The translations under genes were made by a program, and so were the position numbers. A stretch of 64,000 bases of DNA from Candidatus Poribacteria bacterium (GTDB lineage: Bacteria; Poribacteria; WGA-4E; WGA-3G): contig CBDANF010000003.1 of the NCBI GenBank assembly GCA_965197475.1, forward strand, positions 3,648,001 through 3,712,000. The letters run 5' to 3'. The notes beneath the pieces are model-generated. The model was not told the DNA's origin and did no database searches. It saw nothing but the letters and a program-made list of their open reading frames with translations. This document shows, one piece after another, positions 1 to 9,547 of the stretch; the stretch's first letter is position 1; each line of letters opens with the position of its first letter.

Positions 1-1
1 C

Positions 2-484
2 GGTTTAACGAAATTCGATACTGTTGCAGAGTGGGGGCGTTTGCCTGTGGATATAAAGGTCAGCAGAGGTGAACCCATCTTCCCGCGTATTGATCTGAAA
101 AAAGAAAAAGCACCGCAGCCAAAAACAGCTAAACCCAAACAGAAGTCGGAAGATAAAACGACTGAGCTTGTCTCCTTTGCCGAATTCCAAAAACTGGATT
201 TGCGGGTTGGGCGCATCATCGCAGTTGACCCAATTGAAGGTGCTGACCGCCTATTCAAAATGCAGGTAGACCTCGGCACAGAGAAACGGCAAGTGGTCGC
301 AGGAATTGCAGAGCACTATAAGCCAGATACCTTGATCGGCAAACAGGTAATTGTTGTGGTTAATTTAGAACCCGCTACGATTCGCAATGTTGAATCACAC
401 GGCATGATTCTTGCGGCGAGCAGTGATTCCGTGGTATTGATAACTCCTGAAACCGAAGTTCCACTTGGAACACAAGTAAAGTAA
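2..484 (+). CDS. metG: Methionyl-tRNA synthetase, C-terminal tRNA-binding domain (5' partial)
   Basis: Frame is open from the window start; IFPRID linker followed by 'FAEFQKLDLRVGRI...RQVVAGI...NLEPATIRNVESHGMIL' (Trbp111-like MetRS C-domain). Confidence 0.9.
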   Translation, partial: GLTKFDTVAEWGRLPVDIKVSRGEPIFPRIDLKKEKAPQPKTAKPKQKSEDKTTELVSFAEFQKLDLRVGRIIAVDPIEGADRLFKMQVDLGTEKRQVVAGIAEHYKPDTLIGKQVIVVVNLEPATIRNVESHGMILAASSDSVVLITPETEVPLGTQVK

Positions 485-515
485 TAAGCATACTACCTCT
501 GTCGTAACTCCCAAA

Positions 516-3500
516 ATGAGAGATATAGAAGCCATCCTTAAAACCCGTATTCAGAACGATGAGGCAGCCACCTTTGTAGTTGTTGTGCCGACCGATGCTG
601 CGCGCTTGAAACGCCAACGCGAGTTGATTGCGTATCATCCAAATCGGGCGGTTGCCAATTTGCAGGTGTATACCAGCGAAGATTTTGTCCAAAGGTTATA
701 CAATCAAGTTCGTCCATCAAGACAACACATTTCATCAGGACTTCAAAACCTCTGGCTTCACGAAATAGCAGACCCGGACTCAGCCAATACTGGTACCTAC
801 CGATATAATGCATTTCGTCCAATTGAAAACAGTGCTGTTCCTGATAGCACACTCTCCCTTATCGCGAACACGATAAATCACCTTAGGGATCAAGGCGAGA
901 GCAAACCAAACTTTGATGCAGACAATAGAACCAAGACCGATCTTATTCACATTTATAACGAATATGAGGCAAAACTCAAAAATCGATGGATAGATGAGAA
1001 GGGAAAACATCTGTACCTCGCGAACAATTTCAAGGCAGAATTCATCAAAAGAGCGTTTCCCCATACCGACTTTGTTGTTGTTGAAGGGTTCACGGTACTT
1101 TCAAAAGCAGACATAAAACTTTTAAAACGCATTGCTGAAATGTCTGAGATAGAGATGTGGTTCCGCACTGATTGCGTTGAGGATAATGAGGACCTCTATA
1201 AAAATATAATTGACCTCGTCTCGCAATTTAGAGCCGCGAAAGCCTGCATTGATACGGCGTATGAACGCGATGCTAACCGACACCGGCATTTCGCAGAAAA
1301 TCTGTTCCGCACGAATACTATCTCGGATCACAGAATTGATCTAACAGAAAACATTAAAGTTTTGGAACCGACCGACCGATCCGAAGAGGTAGAAGAGATT
1401 GCATGTCTAATCCAGCAACATGTATCGGATGGGGATTGTAACTTTGGAGATATCTGTGTAGCCTATTATAGCTTGGGTCAATATCAACAGCGCATCGCCG
1501 AGATTTTTCCTGCTTACGACATTCCCTATTTGCTTTCAGAAAGCATTCCGTTGACAAAATCAGAGGTCGTCAAAGCAATCTTTTCTCGACTTTCATCAAA
1601 CCGAGAATCTATAGGCGATGTCTATTTCTCTGATGTTGAACCTGTATCAGACACCAACCAAACAGGCACAGGTCAACTTGATCCAGAAGCATTTCAGGGA
1701 TATGTTGATGGCTTTCTCAAAGAGGGCGAAGTCCTCCAACACATTCTAAACCCGATGCTTTCAAAAAATCGTGAAATCGTTGAAGGTGAGGTAAACGCAT
1801 ATCATCAATTCACTGAAATCGTCCAAGAACTTTGTGCTGTGTTAAGGGAAGGGGAGGAGTCATATCGTCTTGATAATTTTATTAAAAAACTTCACTATAT
1901 TGCAAGGCATACACACTATCAAAGCAGGGCACGGGCAAAAGGTGAAACTGTCAGGATTGTCCCACTCAGCGAACTAAGAAGTTTAGAGTTTGATACTGTC
2001 TTTTTAGGCGATTTCGTAGACGGTGGGTTTCCACAAACGTATCGTCCTGATCCGCTGCTACCAGAAATCCCATATCGTACTGAGGATGAACAACTGCACG
2101 ATAATCGATTGTTATTCTATCGGGTTCTCAAATCTTTTCGGGAACGGCTGTATCTACTTGCACCGAAACGCGAAGGTGTATCTGAACTAATTCCCTCTTT
2201 ATTCAAAATACAATTAGAGGCAATTGCCAAGATCGGAACGGACGAAATTGCAAATCTTATGTCAAAGAGTATACCCGGTTTCCTCAGTGCGTACGGCAAT
2301 CATGTATGGTCAGCAGAAAAGCCGTCCCAAGATGAATTTCCTCGTAATCTTGAAAATATGCGTTCCTTAATTGATCATGTCGTTTCAGTTGAAAAGAGTC
2401 GTGAGGAAACACACGATAAATCGGCGTATGAAGGAATTTTGACTGTAGAAGAACTCACTTCCGAGAGTCAGTCTGATTTGAAAACACATCGCAATGAACC
2501 TTATTCGGTCACAGATTTAGAGACTTATGCTAAATGTCCCTTTCAGTACTTTGTTGCCAAAGTGCTGAAGTCTAAAATCAAAGAGGACGAGCTTGAGGAT
2601 GAACTGTCCAGTCAAGAAAAAGGAGAGTTGGTACATCAAATCCTTTGCACCTTCTATATGGAACGAAGGGAGCGAGGAGATGTTCCCATTAGAAAATGTA
2701 ATGATGAAGTTTTTGAAGAAGCAAAACGACAATTAGATGAAGTGCTACACTCCAAATCTGAGGAAAAACGCACTCCACGTTCGGATGTCAGTGAAGACAA
2801 TCTTTTTTGGAAAACAGATATAGATAAACTGCGCGCATCACTACATAAATGGCTGGAAGCGGAGCGTGCCTATGATCTACATGTTCTGCCAAGCTTTTTT
2901 GAGGTTAATATTGGACGAACAGGTGAATCTGGGGATCCGAAACTTAGTCATTCTGAACCGATTCTCATTGGCAACGTGCTTATGAAAGGCAGAATAGATC
3001 GTATTGATATGGGTGAAGGGAGCTTTAATATTATTGATTATAAGACGGGAAGTTCCACGATTAGAATATCCGAGATTCTTAATGGGCGAAGTCTCCAGCT
3101 GTCCATCTATTTACAAATCGCAAAGAAACTATTAGATGAAAAAGGGATAACCGGATTAGAACCAACATCTGGACTCTATCACAAAATCAGGTTGGATGAA
3201 TGCACAGTTGAACTTGGCATCGGGGTAGAATCATTGAATGATATTGCTTACAGAACTTTCAACGGTAACGAATGGAAACAGGCGAATAAAAGTGGGCAGT
3301 TATTAAACGACGAACTTTTTGACGTACGACTTGCGCGCGTTAATGGTTATGTTCAACAGTATGTTAACAGTATTGCTAACGGTAACTTTCCCCTCATCAC
3401 GTGTGTTGATTCATTTGTAGATTCGGAAGAGGAAGGTGCCGCACCTATCACTCCTAAAGATATTACCCAACCGTGTAATTATTGTGCTTACAAACGAGTT

Positions 3501-3545
3501 TGCCGTGTCGGTGCATTTGCTGAGGCATCCCAAACAGACGTATAA
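516..3545 (+). CDS. AddB/RexB-like protein: degenerate helicase domain plus PD-(D/E)XK nuclease with Fe-S cysteines
   Basis: SVTDLETYAKCPFQYF, GRIDRID, IIDYKTG, QLSIY and C-terminal CNYCAYKRVC; no clear Walker A motif at the N-terminus. Confidence 0.8.
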   Translation: MRDIEAILKTRIQNDEAATFVVVVPTDAARLKRQRELIAYHPNRAVANLQVYTSEDFVQRLYNQVRPSRQHISSGLQNLWLHEIADPDSANTGTYRYNAFRPIENSAVPDSTLSLIANTINHLRDQGESKPNFDADNRTKTDLIHIYNEYEAKLKNRWIDEKGKHLYLANNFKAEFIKRAFPHTDFVVVEGFTVLSKADIKLLKRIAEMSEIEMWFRTDCVEDNEDLYKNIIDLVSQFRAAKACIDTAYERDANRHRHFAENLFRTNTISDHRIDLTENIKVLEPTDRSEEVEEIACLIQQHVSDGDCNFGDICVAYYSLGQYQQRIAEIFPAYDIPYLLSESIPLTKSEVVKAIFSRLSSNRESIGDVYFSDVEPVSDTNQTGTGQLDPEAFQGYVDGFLKEGEVLQHILNPMLSKNREIVEGEVNAYHQFTEIVQELCAVLREGEESYRLDNFIKKLHYIARHTHYQSRARAKGETVRIVPLSELRSLEFDTVFLGDFVDGGFPQTYRPDPLLPEIPYRTEDEQLHDNRLLFYRVLKSFRERLYLLAPKREGVSELIPSLFKIQLEAIAKIGTDEIANLMSKSIPGFLSAYGNHVWSAEKPSQDEFPRNLENMRSLIDHVVSVEKSREETHDKSAYEGILTVEELTSESQSDLKTHRNEPYSVTDLETYAKCPFQYFVAKVLKSKIKEDELEDELSSQEKGELVHQILCTFYMERRERGDVPIRKCNDEVFEEAKRQLDEVLHSKSEEKRTPRSDVSEDNLFWKTDIDKLRASLHKWLEAERAYDLHVLPSFFEVNIGRTGESGDPKLSHSEPILIGNVLMKGRIDRIDMGEGSFNIIDYKTGSSTIRISEILNGRSLQLSIYLQIAKKLLDEKGITGLEPTSGLYHKIRLDECTVELGIGVESLNDIAYRTFNGNEWKQANKSGQLLNDELFDVRLARVNGYVQQYVNSIANGNFPLITCVDSFVDSEEEGAAPITPKDITQPCNYCAYKRVCRVGAFAEASQTDV

Positions 3546-3623
3546 TTTTCGTTTCAGTAGAAATTTTCTGTCTTTCCTTTCTAACCCAGTCTAAATTCGG
3601 TGTTTTTACGCTGATCAAAAAAC

Positions 3624-3652
3624 TTGCATGCTTTCCATAATTCTGTTATACT
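3624..3652 (+). promoter_or_regulatory. sigma70-type promoter of sodA
   Basis: TTGCAT-17 nt-TATACT with TGn extended -10; RBS GAAGGAGG upstream of ATG 3689. Confidence 0.6.
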
Positions 3653-3688
3653 TTTTTATGACCTAAATTTTGAAGGAGGCTATTTTAA

Positions 3689-4297
3689 ATGGCACACACA
3701 TTACCAGAACTCCCTTATGCACATGATGCTTTGGAACCGTATATTGACGCACAAACGATGGAAATCCATCATGGCAAACACCATCAAGGTTATGTAAACA
3801 ATCTGAATGCTGCATTAGAAGGTCATGACGACCTTGCTAAATTAGATGTTAAAGAACTACTTAGTAATATTGATCAAGTACCAGAAGACATTCGTCAGGC
3901 AGTCATCAACAACGGTGGTGGGCATGCAAACCATTCGCTTTTCTGGTCCATTATGAGTCCCAACGGTGGTGAACCCAGCAGTGGTGAAGTCGGAGAAGCG
4001 ATAAAATCTGCCTTTGGATCGCTTGATGCTGCGAATGAAGAATTCATAACTACTGCAACCAAACGTTTCGGTTCTGGTTGGGCATGGCTTGTTATTGGCG
4101 ATAATGGATTGGAAATTTACTCCACAGCAAATCAAGATAGTCCAATTATGCAGGGGCATACGCCTATTCTCGGAATTGATGTCTGGGAACACGCGTACTA
4201 TCTGAACTATCAGAACCGTCGTCCAGACTACGTTGAGGCGTGGAAAAATGTCGTCAACTGGAGCAAGGTTAACGAACTCTATTTGGCAAACGCCTAA
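3689..4297 (+). CDS. sodA: Superoxide dismutase (Mn type)
   Basis: [23 protein letters not shown] and DVWEHAYY motifs. Confidence 0.95.
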   Translation: MAHTLPELPYAHDALEPYIDAQTMEIHHGKHHQGYVNNLNAALEGHDDLAKLDVKELLSNIDQVPEDIRQAVINNGGGHANHSLFWSIMSPNGGEPSSGEVGEAIKSAFGSLDAANEEFITTATKRFGSGWAWLVIGDNGLEIYSTANQDSPIMQGHTPILGIDVWEHAYYLNYQNRRPDYVEAWKNVVNWSKVNELYLANA

Positions 4298-4527
4298 AAT
4301 CCGATTTGGCGTATTTGTAGGGGCGGTTTCCAATCTGCCCCTATTTCCTAAATAGCAGACACACGCCGCCGAGTTTCCATTCCGTACAAACAAAAGATTC
4401 TCCCAGTAACTGCGTTTAGAAAACCGAAGCTGAAACGCGCTACGCCGAATCACATTTTACTAAATCATCTAACGAAGATTTAATGATGTTATAACCAATT
4501 TAAGTTCCTATGTAGGAGAAAACGCCA

Positions 4528-5337
4528 ATGAAAAGATTATTTTGTTTTGTATCAATTATCGCGCTAACTTTCGTGAGTTACAGTTTCGGACAGGATGTCG
4601 CTGTCGTTTACGATGTAAAAATGGAAAACGGCAATGGCTTAGGTATTCAAAATGCGAAACAGTTAGCAGACCTCATTGTAGAAAAACTTAAAGATAAAAA
4701 ACTCACTGCGGAAATTGTTGGTGCTGACGGTTTAGTAGAATATATGGATGCGAACCCGAAAGGTATCTATATTATCACCCAAGGAAATACACCTGAAACA
4801 ATATTTCAGAATAAGGGGAAAGACGATCTCATTCATTCTTGGTTAAGGGAAGGTGGTATCGGTGGATTCATAGGAGATTTTCCGTTCTACTATTATTGGG
4901 ATTTTGATGCTAATGCACGAGTTGCCCCAGCGGAGGTAGGACAGCAAAGCGTATTCGGTGTTCAGGTCACACAAGCACAGGACCCGGCAATTACAGTTAC
5001 ACCGACAGACCTTGGTAAGTAGTACATACCTTCACTTAAACAATGGACATCAAACCGAGCTGTTGGTATCGATATTTTAGAACAAAACGATTTTGAGTTT
5101 GAAAGTTATGCAGATAACGGCGCAAATGCTGATCCAATCGCTTACAGAACAGAAGATATGAAGGGATGGTTTATCAATTTCCATACCTCTTGCTGCGGCA
5201 CTGTGATACCAGGAAACGAACAAGTCGCAACCGAATATGCAGAACTCATTTCAAATCGCTTTGCAACGGAATCACAATCGGTTGACCCAACAGGGAAAGT
5301 CAGCGTTGTTTGGGGGCAGTTAAAATCTCTACGATAG
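4528..5337 (+). pseudogene. Secreted protein with C-terminal VDPTGK..WGQLK tag, interrupted by an in-frame TAG at 5020-5022
   Basis: Signal peptide and RBS AGGAG; the same frame continues past the TAG (YIPSLKQW...VDPTGKVSVVWGQLKSLR) to a stop at 5335-5337. Confidence 0.75.
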
Positions 5338-5418
5338 TCAACCTATCATCCGTAGTCCCGATATTTCGATTGAGACTGCGGACGTGAAATTGACAAGCAG
5401 GTACTAGGGCTATTTAAT

Positions 5419-5617
5419 TTAACGTTACACCCCGCCCTAAAGGACGGGGATTCTAGGTATCATGCATAACATTATATTCAGCAAGAAAGACGTTAACGAT
5501 AGGTGGGCATCCCATACGTTTTTGCTTTGCACTTGCTTTATCTGATTACTCCAATCAAATCACAATTGTCCAAAACACACGTTGCTGTATAGTACCACAC
5601 AACGTGTGAAATGTCAA
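5419..5617 (-). ncRNA. IS200/IS605 right-end remnant with its own promoter; candidate stand-alone omegaRNA/reRNA
   Basis: Minus strand GAATCCCCGTCCTTTAGGGCGGGGTGTAACGTTAA (hairpin 5430-5449) resembles IS605/TnpB right ends; promoter TTGACA(5617-5612)-17-TACTAT(5594-5589); no tnpA or tnpB ORF. Confidence 0.45.
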
Positions 5618-5671
5618 GTCGGCAAAACACGTGTATCTGTGGTTCTGTTACGTCCTGTTATATTTAAGAAT

Positions 5672-5711
5672 AAAACGCCTCCGATGTGTTGGGCGGTCAG
5701 GGGCGTTTTTT
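5672..5711 (+). terminator. Hairpin/possible intrinsic terminator
   Basis: AAAACGCC...GGCGTTTTTT. Confidence 0.4.
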
Positions 5712-5719
5712 GCTTGGAC

Positions 5720-5748
5720 TTGACAAACGGGTATGAAATACTTATACT
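5720..5748 (+). promoter_or_regulatory. sigma70-type promoter
   Basis: TTGACA-17 nt-TATACT. Confidence 0.6.
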
Positions 5749-5820
5749 GTACCCGTAAATCAATTTTGCAAAAAGCGGGAAATTCTTTCGTGCCGCTGTT
5801 CTAAGGAAGGAAACAATCTT

Positions 5821-6806
5821 GGCTCATGTAAAAAGTAAGTGCTATTTTTTCAAAGTTATGTTAGCGTGTTACCTATGGACTTTCCAATACAATCTCTCCT
5901 GGATGAAGAAAAAACTCAAGCGTGGGTGTTGGATCATTTCCACCCTCAAGGGCTGTGTTGCCCAAAATGCCAAGCGAGCGTGGCGGAGGCACGCAAGTTC
6001 CGTCCGACTGAAACAAGTGGTCTACAAGTGTATCGCTGCAAACACTGTGAGAGCATCTACAACCTCTATACCGGGACGGTCTTTGCTGGCACGCAGTTTC
6101 GTCCCTCACAGGTCGTTCTGCTTTTGCGCGGTGTCTGTCAAGGTGTTTCAAGTGCACAACTCGGGTGTGAACTGGGTCTAAGTCGTCAAACCGTTCTTTC
6201 TATAAGACGTAAACTCCAAACTTCGGCAGAGCAGATACAACCCGAAGCTGCTTTACCTGATGCTGAAGTCGAAACAGATGAGATGTTTCAAAACGCCGGT
6301 GAAAAAGGCGATAAGCACGTTGATGCTTCGGATCCGCCGCGTCGGCGTGGCAATAAACGCAGGGGACATGGGACTTATGACAATGATCGTCCGCCTATTG
6401 TTGGGACGAAAGGTCGCGAAAGCGGTCTCCTGAGATTACGTGTTGTGCGGCACACCGATTCTGCGACGCTTTCAACACACGTTCATCAGTGGACGTTGCC
6501 GACTTCAACGGTGTATACGGATGGTTGGCGTGGCTATAACCGTATTCAGCGCGCCCGTGAGATTGTTCTCCATAAGGATGGCGAGTAGGCAAGAGACGCA
6601 GACGGTGATGGTCTTTACGAGATCCATACAAGGACGATTGAAGGTGCCTGGACGACGCTGCGAAACTTCCTTCGTCCCTTTCGTGGCGTTCATAAAAAGT
6701 TCCTCGCCGGTTACGTCGCAATCTGTGAGTTCGTCATGAATCTAAAAGCTGTCAGTGTTGATTTTATAGCAAAACTCGTCAAAAGCACTTACTCTTGACA
6801 TGAGCG
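5821..6806 (+). mobile_element. IS1595-family insertion sequence
   Basis: Imperfect TIRs GGCTCATGTAAAAAGTAAGTGCT (5821-5843) and AGCACTTACTCTTGACATGAGCG (6784-6806) flank a transposase; no clear TSD. Confidence 0.85.
5875..6798 (+). pseudogene. IS1595 transposase with premature TAG at 6586-6588
   Basis: Zn ribbon CPKC..CKHC, VETDE and VYTDGW; the frame resumes after the TAG (probably a former TGG) with ARDADGDG..HTRTIEGAW..RGVHKK to a stop at 6798. Confidence 0.85.
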
Positions 6807-6928
6807 AATACTGTTTGATCTATACTGTCTTTTATACTATACTTTATATTAGACATTATAACTAATTAGTTGTCCGTTTGGTTAGTCTCTATTATACTTA
6901 TTACAATCGGACAATAGGAGGCTAACTC

Positions 6929-7643
6929 ATGATAAGTTTTCAAGAACTAAGGGACAAACCTGATACGCTCCTGTCCCTCACCGGATATACCTTAGAAGAT
7001 TGGACTGAACTATCACCTTATTTTACTAAATGTTTTTTAGAGTATGTTCAAACACATACCCTTGCAGGAAAACCGCGCAAAAAACGGAGATATAAACCGT
7101 ATAAAAATAGTCGTTTTGATACACCTGAAGATATGTTGCTATTTATACTGATTTACCTTCGTGAAGCACCGAAACAAGTGCTATTCGGTGCGCTCTTTGG
7201 CATGTCTCAACCTCTTGCTAATAGATGGATTCACTTGCTTTTATCGATATTGAACAAAGCATTAGCAGAACTTGGAGAGTTGCCATCTCGGGAAACAGAC
7301 CCCGCACCTATATGTGCTCCATCAAAAGTATCAACTCAAAATCAAGAAGGAGAACATTTTTTTCATGATAGCACCGAACGCCCTATACGACGCCCAAAAG
7401 ACCTGTCAACTCAAAAGGCGTATTATAGTGGTAAAAAGAAATGCCATACAGTGAAAAATAATCTGATTATCAATGAGGCCTGCAAAGTCGTCCTATTGAC
7501 ACCTTCTTTTGAAGGAAGACACCATGACAAACACATAGCCGATATGGTGGGCTATTGTGTGCCACAGGGTAGCACATTGTCCCAAGATACCGGTTTTCAG
7601 GGTTTCGTTCTCCCGGATATAAACATCATTCAACCGAAGAAAG
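6929..7643 (+). mobile_element. IS5-family (ISL2-like, DDE_Tnp_4) transposase, 3'-truncated
   Basis: HTH region, DSTERPIRRP, YYSGKKKCHTVK, GRHHD, DTGFQG and QPKK; the expected final catalytic Glu region is replaced by unrelated sequence. Confidence 0.8.
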
Positions 7644-7862
7644 GTTATGGAGATTCACAGCCCAATGCTATCCAACGCACATTCAACACATTACGAAAAG
7701 CAGTTCCAAGTGTCTTGGAATGTATCAAAATCATCTATTCTGTTGCGCGAAGATATCCGAATCATCACCTCAGCAACGTCATCCCCAATTCGTATTCCGG
7801 TCTACGGCTACATCCGCGCAGACCAATCTAATACCCTATCACTGCCACAGGAAAGGGAGTAG
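7644..7862 (+). pseudogene. C-terminal remnant of an unrelated gene (beta-rich, possibly Ig-like)
   Basis: Alternative frame reads ..FQVSWNVSKSSILLREDIRIITSATSSPIRIPVYGYI..*, protein-like, and begins at the transposase break point. Confidence 0.4.
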
Positions 7863-7966
7863 GGCTATCGCTTAATGTTCAGCATTACATTTGATTTTTA
7901 ATACGAAGTTTAAAACAGACACGGTTTGATTGATGTCTGTTGAATTATGACGAATACGCGATAATT

Positions 7967-8182
7967 CTAACGCTGTTTTTCAATAAGTCTTCCAACGAAA
8001 AAGACAATAATACCGAGTGCCAAGAAACCCATCTCAACACCCATTGCTTTAGCTGCACTATACTCAAAAGGATTTACAAGGCCCAAAAAGAGGGCAGCAC
8101 CCAAGCAGACTATACCCATAAGTTCTAAAGTTTTTCCGATATAATACACCTGTTCCCCATTTTTAGGGACAAATTCCAGCAT
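7967..8182 (-). CDS. Small two-TM membrane protein
   Basis: Two hydrophobic helices; co-oriented with the upstream gene. Confidence 0.65.
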   Translation of the reverse strand: MLEFVPKNGEQVYYIGKTLELMGIVCLGAALFLGLVNPFEYSAAKAMGVEMGFLALGIIVFFVGRLIEKQR

Positions 8183-8225
8183 TTTTAGCGGTGTGCTAAT
8201 GTTGAAATTTGTCCTGATATGTTAT

Positions 8226-8930
8226 TTAGTAGAGTCTTTTGATTTGCCCCCATCGGATCAATTTTTGCTGCGCATTAGGATTTATTTTCGCTGTGAAAAC
8301 GATATCAGGAAGCATGTTGTCCTGTTCTGTATAGCCTTCTGGTCCCCAAGCGATTTTATTTTGTAATTGGCCATTATCAACGTCATTATAGGCTATACTA
8401 AAACCGATAGTATTACCTTTACTTGCGATGTCTCCAAGCCGAAAACTTAGTTCACACGTTTGACCATCATTTCCCCAAGCGACTGATGCTAAAGGTGATT
8501 TCAGAACGCCTTCCTCTATTCCTATCGGAATTTCATAGCGATAGAGGTTATCCTTACGCTGGTAGTGAAATTGATCAATATAGAGGATAAGTCGATCTTC
8601 CCTAAGAAGTTTAGATTGATATTTTTCAAACTGATCGTCTTGTATTTTGATGGCGACATATAGGAATCCGCCACGCCAGACTGCTTTGAAGGATCCGGTG
8701 AAATCATCGGATTCCATCCATTGATGTCCGGCCATGATCTCTCGGTTGAGTTTGCCAGGTAACGCTTCTTCCCACACGGGGTCATCAAGATATCCATCAA
8801 CGATAGGTGCGACAGAAACAAGTTCCGCGTTATATTGAAAATTTTGAAGATTTTCGTCTTTAAGATGCCCTAACGTATAAGATACCACTGTCAGTAATAG
8901 TACACCGGCCAAAAGAATCTGTTTACGCAC
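8226..8930 (-). CDS. Secreted CBM9/DOMON-like sugar-binding protein with C-terminal WGQIK tag
   Basis: Signal peptide, PIVDGYLDDPVW, AVW..LYVAIKIQDD and GFSIAYNDVD; RBS GGAGG upstream. Confidence 0.75.
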   Translation of the reverse strand: MRKQILLAGVLLLTVVSYTLGHLKDENLQNFQYNAELVSVAPIVDGYLDDPVWEEALPGKLNREIMAGHQWMESDDFTGSFKAVWRGGFLYVAIKIQDDQFEKYQSKLLREDRLILYIDQFHYQRKDNLYRYEIPIGIEEGVLKSPLASVAWGNDGQTCELSFRLGDIASKGNTIGFSIAYNDVDNGQLQNKIAWGPEGYTEQDNMLPDIVFTAKINPNAQQKLIRWGQIKRLY

Positions 8931-9233
8931 TCCATGAATCCTCCTTTGGACATGATTGGAATTTAGTATATCATAGTCAATTTAACTCTGTCAACTGAAA
9001 TTAATTTCAGCGCAAACCTTTAATTCTGGCAAACATTCTTATGGGAGGGCTTTGTAAGTCCAGTAATTTCTCATCCAATTGGTTGGGGGATCCACTGTGT
9101 CCTGCCGAATCAACGCTAAACGTGCTTGTGGTACTCGGGTTTAAGCAACATACCGGCTTTGACTTTTTGGCTAAGTTGAAACAACACGAATTCAGTTAGA
9201 TTGGGACTTCTATAGGATTTTTTCAAAATTCAG

Positions 9234-9262
9234 TTGATATTAAGTTAAAAGTATGTTATAAT
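9234..9262 (+). promoter_or_regulatory. sigma70-type promoter of the ftsH operon
   Basis: TTGATA-17 nt-TATAAT with TGn. Confidence 0.6.
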
Positions 9263-9547
9263 TTACCCATAAAGTTTTAAATATATTTTCAAAAAACAAA
9301 CGCGGAACAGCAGATTACGACAAAAGTTGTTGAACGTATTCAATTTCAGTGCTTGTCCTGAATGCGTGCCATAATCTGCAGCATCGTTCTAAATCTGATA
9401 AATTTTAAAAATAACGTGAGTTTGATAGTAAGTGCGGTTAGGAAACCGCACCTAATAGCGTAGTTTTGTGGGTAAAGTTCACTGAAATGGTGAATTATGT
9501 TCAAATTTACCATTAATTAAACTTACGTTAAAATAGAAACGAGGCGA

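Noticed and set aside
5020-6588. Two neighbouring in-frame TAG codons suggesting amber recoding
   Set aside because: Conserved genes here (acpS, ileS, the M6 protease) end normally at TAG, and the two sites imply different amino acids; independent nonsense changes are simpler.
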